DNA of 13,846 nucleotides from a virus (Duplodnaviria; Heunggongvirae; Uroviricota; Caudoviricetes): IMG/VR virus record IMGVR_UViG_2713896897_000012, positions 1 to 13,846 of that record; one strand, 5' to 3'. Shown piece by piece: positions 7,888 to 13,846 of this stretch (position 1 is its first letter; each line of letters starts with the position of its first letter). The notes under the pieces were generated by a model. It saw only the letters and a program-made list of their open reading frames with translations, ran no database searches and was not told where the DNA came from. The position numbers and the translations under genes were made by a program.

Positions 7888-9680
7888 TATCCCCAGATCC
7901 CGTCGTCGAATTCGTTAACTGCCTGGTTGAAATGTCCGTTCAATCCGTCACCAATCCCCGCAGCAATACCCTCCGCGTCGGTTGCCTGTGTGCTGATCTG
8001 GATACTTTCGACCGTAAATTGATTGTTTTTTGTGATCTGTTGTGGCTGATTATTGACAGTATTTGACGTCTGGCTGGCAATCGGCGACGAACTCGCCACG
8101 GCAATTTCGCTCTGCGCTTTTCGCTGGAGTTGTTTAATGTCGTCACTCCCGGCAATGCCAAAACCCGCCGTCGCCGCAGACTGTGCGGCTTCTTTGCTGC
8201 CCACTACCGGTTCTGTCTCGGTGGATTTTTTTGAGCCAGTAGATTTTTTTTCGCCTTTTTTCGCCTTTTCATCACCATCATTTCCCGCGTCCACCTCGCC
8301 TGACTCTGGCGCGTCCTCTTCATCCCCGCCGATCCCCAGCAGGGATTTAACGCTGTCGGGTAAAATACTGGTGAGTTTGTTCCACGCTTTCATGATGTAG
8401 CCGACGACGGTATCCCAGATCGCGATAACCTGTTGTTTCATCGACTGGAAACCAGCAACAAATTGCTGCGTCAGTTTTTCAATACCGAAGAATTTTTCAA
8501 ACCACGTCCACAGATCTGACAGGCTTTTCATCATGTTATCGATGGCCTGCCCCGGATTTGTGAAACAATCCCAAATCAGTTTTGCAACGATGACGCACAG
8601 GTCCCAGATGATTTTGAACGCTGCGCCAACGCCCTTGAGTGCCTCGGCGAGCACCGGATACTCTTTGGAGAGTTCACCGATCATTGACGCGTTGCCGTTC
8701 AGGTAGTTGTTGAAATCGTCGAGAATCAGCACGAATGCCGCAATTGCCGCAGCAATAAGTAAAATCGGCCAGGTCGCTAATAGAGTGGCCTTTGCTGCGG
8801 CGTACATTGCAGGGGTGTAATACATTGCGATAGCTGCGCCGCCGACAATAAAAAATTGTTTTACAGCGTCTTTGTGTTGTGTCAGGAACTGGACCGTATT
8901 GCTGACAATTTTCAGGAAGTCGGTCAGCATTGGCATAATGCTGACCCCAGCCTGAGTAGCCAGGCTGTTAAACATGGATTTCGTGCCGTCCAGTTCCGCT
9001 TTGAATTTTTGCGCAATTTCGGCGTCCTGTTTTGTTACGACACCGAACGCCTTTTGTGTCTTGATCATGTCCTCGATTGCAACACGACCTTTGAGAATTA
9101 GATCGACCGTTCGGTTATCAGTAACGCCCAGTTCTTTAATACGGAATATCGCCTGCTCACGGGATAATGTAGAGACAGAATCAGCCAGGTCCAGCATTCC
9201 CTGAGCTGCGTTTTTTGTAGAGCCGTCGGAATTTTTCAGCGCGATGCCGAGTTCCTGAAATGATTTTGCGGCGCCTGATTTTGCGTCCGAAGATGCCTCG
9301 CCCATTTTTTCAGCCAGGTCAGTGAGCGAATCGCGCATTCCTTGCGCATCGCCGCCTGCGCGTTCCGCCGCTTTTCCCCACGCGTCCAGATCTTCAACGG
9401 GCATATTGAGTGATTGCGCGGACCGGGCCAGCGCGTCGATTTCCTCGGCTTTCTCTATCGTACCGCTGATGATGCCACCCAGCGACATGAAGGCCGCCAT
9501 TGAGCCGAGCGCAACAGTTGCCAGCCCGCTGAACGAACTGGTTATTCCGTCTGTTGTGATGCCGATTTTATCGAGTGTTTTATCAAGCGTTTCCGCAGAC
9601 CTGTTCGCCTCATCCGTGCCTTTCTTTACATCAGAGGCGTCCGACTCAAACAGGATCATGAATGTTTCAAGGACCGACAT
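7887..9680 (-). CDS. Tail tape measure protein
   Basis: 597-aa ORF immediately downstream of the chaperone/frameshift gene. It has an alanine-rich, probably helical N-terminal region, a long hydrophobic segment (FFIVGGAAIAMYYTPAMYAAAKATLLATWPILLIAAAIAAFVLIL) and a charged low-complexity linker, all typical of tape measure proteins. GGAGGG lies 6 nt upstream of the ATG at 9678-9680. Confidence 0.85.
   Translation of the reverse strand: MSVLETFMILFESDASDVKKGTDEANRSAETLDKTLDKIGITTDGITSSFSGLATVALGSMAAFMSLGGIISGTIEKAEEIDALARSAQSLNMPVEDLDAWGKAAERAGGDAQGMRDSLTDLAEKMGEASSDAKSGAAKSFQELGIALKNSDGSTKNAAQGMLDLADSVSTLSREQAIFRIKELGVTDNRTVDLILKGRVAIEDMIKTQKAFGVVTKQDAEIAQKFKAELDGTKSMFNSLATQAGVSIMPMLTDFLKIVSNTVQFLTQHKDAVKQFFIVGGAAIAMYYTPAMYAAAKATLLATWPILLIAAAIAAFVLILDDFNNYLNGNASMIGELSKEYPVLAEALKGVGAAFKIIWDLCVIVAKLIWDCFTNPGQAIDNMMKSLSDLWTWFEKFFGIEKLTQQFVAGFQSMKQQVIAIWDTVVGYIMKAWNKLTSILPDSVKSLLGIGGDEEDAPESGEVDAGNDGDEKAKKGEKKSTGSKKSTETEPVVGSKEAAQSAATAGFGIAGSDDIKQLQRKAQSEIAVASSSPIASQTSNTVNNQPQQITKNNQFTVESIQISTQATDAEGIAAGIGDGLNGHFNQAVNEFDDGIWG
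8244..8269 (-). repeat. Short tandem repeat and homopolymer cluster inside the tape measure gene
   Basis: Plus strand reads T8-CGCC-T6-CGCC-T4 (unit TTTTTTCGCC, about 2.4 copies), with a further T7 at 8226-8232. On the coding strand these are A8/A7/A6 runs encoding the Lys/Glu-rich segment EKAKKGEKKSTGSKK. Confidence 0.5.
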
Positions 9681-9687
9681 TTGCCCT

Positions 9688-9719
9688 CCAAAAAAGAAGC
9701 GGGCCGCAATGACGGCCCG
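9688..9719 (-). terminator. Intrinsic-terminator-like hairpin plus U-tract between the chaperone extension and the tape measure gene
   Basis: 7-bp all-GC stem (9700-9706 pairing with 9713-9719, CGGGCCG/CGGCCCG) with a 6-nt loop, followed on the minus strand by CTTCTTTTTT (9699-9690), directly abutting the tape-measure Shine-Dalgarno GGAGGG. Confidence 0.4.
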
Positions 9720-9722
9720 GTG

Positions 9723-10276
9723 TTATCGCTGATTTTTCCGCTGTGCGTGTTGCATAGCGAGGTACTCGTTATAGCGGGGAATAGCGATCGTCTCCCACAT
9801 CAGGAACGCGTCTTCCAGCGAGTAGACAGTCCTCAACTCGTGGAGCGAGGCCCGCCCTTCTGCGACAATTGCGCCGATAAAGCCGTCAACGTTTTGGTAA
9901 TCAACGGAAGGAGCTTCGCTTTTAAAGCGCCGGAGGAAAGTAAGCTCCTTCCGGTCGCGAAAAAACTCACGTTGTATTCCATCATCGCCATTTCGACTTT
10001 GCCGAGAATCTCCCAGTCCGGGCAGTGGTTGTTCACAAGCGCGCGCGTGGTCAGGCGTAATGGCGTGCCGTTAATATCGACGGCTACGTAACCCATCAGT
10101 TTGAGCATGGTCTCTTCGTTGACCGCGTAGTCGCCCACTTTTGGCATTGCGCTGACCGGGTATTTACAGACAATCTCCCGGCCCTCGATTGCCGGGAATT
10201 TGCTGATGATGTACGTGCGCTCAGTGCCGCCCTGGTCAACAGCTTTGAACTCTTTCGGTTGGATTAGCTCTGCCAT
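9723..10276 (-). CDS. Tail assembly chaperone, predicted -1 frameshift fusion product (about 184 aa; P2 E+E' / lambda GT analogue)
   Basis: Hand translation: after codon 106 (TTC at 9959-9961) the -1 frame is open for 78 codons (RDRKELTFLRRFKSEAPSVDYQNVDGFIGAIVAEGRASLHELRTVYSLEDAFLMWETIAIPRYNEYLAMQHAQRKNQR) to a TAA at 9723-9725. This fills the otherwise unexplained 152-nt gap before the tape measure gene. Confidence 0.6.
9833..10276 (-). CDS. Tail assembly chaperone, short in-frame product
   Basis: 147-aa ORF between the tube and tape measure genes; its ATG overlaps the tube stop by 1 nt (TGATG). Contains an in-frame slippery heptamer near its 3' end. Confidence 0.75.
   Translation of the reverse strand: MAELIQPKEFKAVDQGGTERTYIISKFPAIEGREIVCKYPVSAMPKVGDYAVNEETMLKLMGYVAVDINGTPLRLTTRALVNNHCPDWEILGKVEMAMMEYNVSFFATGRSLLSSGALKAKLLPLITKTLTALSAQLSQKGGPRSTS
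9905..9965 (-). other. Programmed -1 ribosomal frameshift signal: slippery heptamer plus downstream stem-loop
   Basis: Minus-strand heptamer T_TTT_TTC at 9965..9959 in the zero frame (AGT TTT TTC), then a 5-nt spacer, then a 12-bp perfect stem (9953..9942 CGGAAGGAGCTT pairing with 9916..9905 AAGCTCCTTCCG) enclosing a 25-nt loop that contains a small internal hairpin. Confidence 0.6.
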
Positions 10277-10719
10277 CAGAATGTCGTCCTGTTTTCAAAC
10301 GCGAAAATATACGCGCTGGTTTTGAATCGTCCGGCGCTCGAGACGCCTTTACCCGGCATTGAGTCAGTAATTTTGCCGTTGGTGTACGTGGCCCCGCTGT
10401 CGTCGGGGTAAATCACTGTCATTGTGATAATGTCCAGTGCCGAGCGTTTACCCTTTGCTACGCGGTTGGCCTCAGCCAGTACCTGGAGATTTTTGTCATC
10501 ATCACTGCCGGGGATAACGTTTAACGTGGGCGTGAGCGGAGACGCCTTACTCCACGTAATCAGATCGCCGTTCAACCCCATCGCCTTGTCGGCAATCTGC
10601 ATAGACGGGATATCGAACGGGTCTGCATCGTCAGCGAACTGCGTGATTGTGATACCGGACGGGAACGTGTTGGACGCGACGACAGTCACGCGCAGGCCAA
10701 CGCCTGAAATGTCTTCCAT
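10276..10719 (-). CDS. Tail tube protein (candidate)
   Basis: 147-aa ORF directly between the large sheath candidate and the chaperone; AAGGAA lies 9 nt upstream of the ATG. Assignment is by conserved sheath-tube-chaperone-tape measure order. Confidence 0.65.
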   Translation of the reverse strand: MEDISGVGLRVTVVASNTFPSGITITQFADDADPFDIPSMQIADKAMGLNGDLITWSKASPLTPTLNVIPGSDDDKNLQVLAEANRVAKGKRSALDIITMTVIYPDDSGATYTNGKITDSMPGKGVSSAGRFKTSAYIFAFENRTTF

Positions 10720-10728
10720 AAAAATTCC

Positions 10729-12270
10729 TTAGATGAGGGTGTGGGTGCCTTCGACTTTGCGGATAACGTCGTCTTTGCTGTAGATGAGCAGATAAACGGC
10801 TTTGTATTCCGTGCGCCCGTCGGAAGTCGTGTATTCCTCAAACCAGCAGTCGAGCCAGTAGCCGAGGTTTTGCACCTGCGCCCACGCCAGATCGTCGCCT
10901 GTCGCCTCGGTGATATACATGCGCTGTGCGGTATTGAGCGTTTTACCAACACTGATAACGCCGTTATAGAGCGCTTTCTCAATGCCCGCCTGAATAATCG
11001 CGATCAGCTGGCTGCGTCCGCTGGCGTTGGCGGAAATCGCAGGCATGGACAGCATGAGCGTCATCAGTTGCGACTCCATCAGCCCCTTTAGCCATTGCTC
11101 GTTAGCGTAGGTGTTCATGTCCACCGGGGCTGTGTTGCCACCCATTAGTAGCCCGCGCTGGTAGAAATCAATATTCTGCCCTGCGGTTTGTGTGCGCCCG
11201 TAGTAGTTGAGCCGGTACGAGTCCAGCGTGTTGGAGAACGTCGTGTCCGTGACGGTAGGCGTTACGCTGAACTGCTGAAACATATAGTTCTGCGCAGAGT
11301 TGCGGCGGTTGTAGTCCGTCGCCGCCAGGATGATCATCGGCATCATTTCGTGATATTCATCCGGCGATAGCGTGTATGTCAGGCCCGTACCCGCGTACCC
11401 CTTCAGGATTTCGTAGTAGTCGCCGTAACCGTCGCCACCCTCGGTGAACTCGTATTTAGACGACACAGGAACATAAAACTGGAACATGACGTTCTGCGCT
11501 GCGTTCCATTTTGCGATCTCAATAACGTCGTTAATTGTGAGTGCGTTCAGAAACACAAACGAGCCGAAATTGTTTGAGATGCTCGTTGTGCGTGCAATGG
11601 CGTCCTGCGGTTTCTCCGGTTCAGCTCCCGTATTGTACGTTGGTGTAACCCACCCCAGCAGAGCCAGCGTTGTCTCATCACCGCTCTGGATCTCAATTGA
11701 GATAACGCCACTGGCCCCCATCGTCAGCAGGAATCGACGCCCGACCGGATCCCACTCAACCGTCAGCCCCACCGCCTGCGTAATTGACTGTTCAAACGCA
11801 TTGCGCGCAGCGGTCTGAATAATTGCCGCGACCTCAGTCAGATTTGTTGCCGTGGAGAAATCGAGAGTGAGCGCACCGGACGCACTGGTGTTACCGCTCG
11901 TGATACTAATTTTGATTGTTTTATTCACAACCTCGTTGTAATTCGCAATATCGCCAGCCACCGCGCCTACGTCAGTGCCGATAATCCCGCCCTTTGCGCC
12001 GTCCGGTGCGTAGCGCGCGAAACTGATTTTTTTTGCGCGCGTGGTCAGCTTGCTGATCCATGAGAAATAGAACAGAGCGCGTTTATATTCCTCACTGTAG
12101 TAGCCGAAAAGTTTTCCGACTGAATCCGCGTCGGTCGCCTCAGCGATTACGTCAGAGGCGAGCAGGGGGCTGGATGTGAACAGACGCCCAATTAGCTCGC
12201 GGTTTTTTACAGACGCGCCAGCTCCTACGCCGGACGTAATATCCACGTATTTTTTAAAACTGATTGCCAT
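10729..12270 (-). CDS. Tail sheath protein (candidate)
   Basis: 513-aa ORF immediately upstream of the tube candidate; size and position match contractile-tail sheath genes. No motif-level confirmation was possible. Confidence 0.65.
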   Translation of the reverse strand: MAISFKKYVDITSGVGAGASVKNRELIGRLFTSSPLLASDVIAEATDADSVGKLFGYYSEEYKRALFYFSWISKLTTRAKKISFARYAPDGAKGGIIGTDVGAVAGDIANYNEVVNKTIKISITSGNTSASGALTLDFSTATNLTEVAAIIQTAARNAFEQSITQAVGLTVEWDPVGRRFLLTMGASGVISIEIQSGDETTLALLGWVTPTYNTGAEPEKPQDAIARTTSISNNFGSFVFLNALTINDVIEIAKWNAAQNVMFQFYVPVSSKYEFTEGGDGYGDYYEILKGYAGTGLTYTLSPDEYHEMMPMIILAATDYNRRNSAQNYMFQQFSVTPTVTDTTFSNTLDSYRLNYYGRTQTAGQNIDFYQRGLLMGGNTAPVDMNTYANEQWLKGLMESQLMTLMLSMPAISANASGRSQLIAIIQAGIEKALYNGVISVGKTLNTAQRMYITEATGDDLAWAQVQNLGYWLDCWFEEYTTSDGRTEYKAVYLLIYSKDDVIRKVEGTHTLI

Positions 12271-12272
12271 TT

Positions 12273-12818
12273 TTATACCCTGTAAATTTTGAACTCCACG
12301 GAAGAGGCAACAGGCGTTGTGCTGACCGTGACGTCCTTGTGGGTGAAAGTGATATCGAACGACGGCGAGGCCTCGTACTGATCGCGGTCGTTTTTAAAAA
12401 ATGTGTTTCGGTTATCAGTAATCCGGTAAACGCCGACACCGTTTTTCCTCAGTTGCGATATCGCGGAATCGCTCTGCAATATTGCGCTGGCGTGGAAAAT
12501 CAGGTCGTTCGCTGTGGGCGATTCCAGGTCTGCCGGGTTCTGTGTTGATGAGCCGGTGATCTGATACGTGGTCTCAATCCACTGGCTTTCCGTGTGAACC
12601 ATGCGCTCGCTCTCTTTATCCCACTCGTCCGTGCGCTGCGGCGATCCGTAGCGGTGATGAGTAACAACAAAAAAATACAGGCATGGACCAGAGTCCGGCC
12701 CCTGGTCCGTTGGTTGATTACTGCGTTTAACCGCAACGGCGGGGAGTTTGTGCGCCGTCAGGCCATCAAGCAGAACAGAGCGCAACAGTGTATTGAGGTC
12801 GTTTTCACGCACTGGCAA
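12273..12818 (-). CDS. Phage structural protein of unknown function (neck / tail-completion candidate)
   Basis: 181-aa ORF, 2-nt gap to the sheath gene, 14-nt overlap with the upstream gene. Confidence 0.6.
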   Translation of the reverse strand: MPVRENDLNTLLRSVLLDGLTAHKLPAVAVKRSNQPTDQGPDSGPCLYFFVVTHHRYGSPQRTDEWDKESERMVHTESQWIETTYQITGSSTQNPADLESPTANDLIFHASAILQSDSAISQLRKNGVGVYRITDNRNTFFKNDRDQYEASPSFDITFTHKDVTVSTTPVASSVEFKIYRV

Positions 12819-13173
12819 TCTCCGAACAGAGCATCGCGTTCCAGCCGTCTATTGAGCGCCACGGAGTGATTGACTCGCACTGATACCGCGCACAGTTGAA
12901 CGACAACTGATCGCCGGATACGTCACGCGCCACGTCGAGCAGGTCAGCAGACGCGTAAAAGTTCCAGTAAGTTTTCTGGTAGTCGAGGCCGAGGTTTGCA
13001 TACTGCGCGCGCGGCACTGGCTGAAAACTACCGGAAATCGACACGGGGTCAGCGTAGGCCGCCACATCATAACCAGCGGCGTTAGTCTGCCGTCCGGTGT
13101 ATGCGTGGTACTCCAGAGTTTGACTGCCGATTACGCGCAACGCCATATTTAGCAAATTGCTACCGGGTATCAT
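12805..13173 (-). CDS. Phage structural protein of unknown function (head-tail joining candidate)
   Basis: 122-aa ORF whose start overlaps the upstream stop (ATGA at 13170-13173). Confidence 0.6.
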   Translation of the reverse strand: MIPGSNLLNMALRVIGSQTLEYHAYTGRQTNAAGYDVAAYADPVSISGSFQPVPRAQYANLGLDYQKTYWNFYASADLLDVARDVSGDQLSFNCARYQCESITPWRSIDGWNAMLCSEIASA

Positions 13174-13646
13174 TTGTCCTCCACGATGTGCGTCAGTGAA
13201 TTGATCATCAGCCCGGTTTCGACAAGGGGTTTGTCGAGACTCCCGATTGTTTTGCCGTCCGCCATTTTTGCCTGTCGCGCCGCAATTGTGCGTGGTGACA
13301 GTGGAGGCGAGGTAATTGCTGCGATAGCTTTGGCAATATCACCTGACACCTGCAAACCCAGCATTTCAAAAATCTGGTCCGCTGGGGCATCACCGTTAAC
13401 CACTTTTTTTGCAACCGTGTAACTCAGCGAACGCCACACCTGCGTCCGGGCCGTAATTGTCGGGCGCATGAACGGGCGCGCGTGCGGCCCGAATTCATTT
13501 TCTGCCGCGACCTGAGCAACAGGTGTGCCGTCGGCGTATTTTGAGGATTCAAACCAGCCGACCTTCGCCGACTTACGCTTGAGTTCTTCCGTGGCCCGTT
13601 TCAGGCTCTCAGCCGCCGGACCGGGCTTAATGACCAGTCTCGCCAT
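13170..13646 (-). CDS. HK97 gp10-like head-tail joining / tail-component protein (candidate)
   Basis: 158-aa ORF containing ..GPHARPFMRPTI.., which resembles the ARPF[LM]RP motif I recall for the HK97 gp10 family. Its start ATG shares one nucleotide with the TGA of the partial upstream ORF. Confidence 0.55.
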   Translation of the reverse strand: MARLVIKPGPAAESLKRATEELKRKSAKVGWFESSKYADGTPVAQVAAENEFGPHARPFMRPTITARTQVWRSLSYTVAKKVVNGDAPADQIFEMLGLQVSGDIAKAIAAITSPPLSPRTIAARQAKMADGKTIGSLDKPLVETGLMINSLTHIVEDK

Positions 13647-13846
13647 CAGAATATTCCCCCCACTTTTCTGAATGCCGCCCGCTCCGGCATCAGGCCGACA
13701 TAAAACCCGCCAACCGATTTCACCCGTAGGAGTGCCAACAGGCGTTGACCGAACGGCGTCAGTGACAGCCAGTAATCCAACTCATCTGTAGCTGCCGGGG
13801 GTGGTGCCAGACTAACCGACACTTTGTCGATAGCTGCCCCGGTAAC
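13646..13846 (-). CDS. 3' end of an upstream late-operon gene (partial; N-terminus lies beyond the window)
   Basis: Hand translation of the minus strand from the window edge gives 66 sense codons with no stop (VTGAAIDKVS...FYVGLMPERAAFRKVGGIF) ending at a TGA at 13646-13648 that overlaps the next ATG. Absent from the ORF track, presumably because it has no in-window start. Confidence 0.45.
   Translation of the reverse strand, partial: VTGAAIDKVSVSLAPPPAATDELDYWLSLTPFGQRLLALLRVKSVGGFYVGLMPERAAFRKVGGIF

Noticed and set aside
7940-10091. Plus-strand ORFs 7872..8066, 8053..8400, 8856..9101, 8974..9204, 9322..9732, 9681..10091 and minus-strand nested ORF 7940..8161
   Set aside because: All are antisense to or nested within the tape measure and chaperone genes. 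The sense-strand genes are supported by operon structure and protein features.
4045-12270. Interpretation as a tailocin or extracellular contractile injection system instead of a prophage tail
   Set aside because: The cluster has a tape measure gene, a frameshifted chaperone and head-tail joining candidates upstream, and no AAA+ ATPase or obvious toxin payload. A phage tail is the simpler reading, though it cannot be excluded without the flanking head genes.
1-13846. CRISPR arrays, rRNA/tRNA genes, insertion sequences
   Set aside because: No regularly spaced direct repeats, no transposase-like ORFs and no long non-coding stretches that could hold structural RNAs; the window is about 95% protein-coding on one strand.

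Overview
The window is almost entirely one tightly packed, minus-strand late structural operon of a contractile-tailed (myovirus-type) prophage, most likely enterobacterial. Read in the direction of transcription (high to low coordinates) it runs: a partial upstream gene, three head-tail joining/neck candidates, tail sheath, tail tube, a tail assembly chaperone with a programmed -1 frameshift extension, tape measure protein, several baseplate genes (hub/spike candidates, gp25/W-like, baseplate J-like, a gpI-position gene that may be split), two tandem paralogous tail-fibre genes, and finally a separate lipoprotein gene. Nearly every gene junction is an overlap or a gap of 9 nt or less, which indicates translational coupling. 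No rRNA, tRNA, CRISPR array, integrase, invertase or reverse transcriptase was recognised. Gene boundaries come from the supplied ORF track plus hand translation; functional calls rest on remembered family motifs and gene order, not on database searches, and are marked as such. I did not find a clearly novel system; the strongest signals are the frameshift signal with its stem-loop, the low-GC dual tail-fibre module, and the lipoprotein cargo gene. CDS coordinates include the stop codon.
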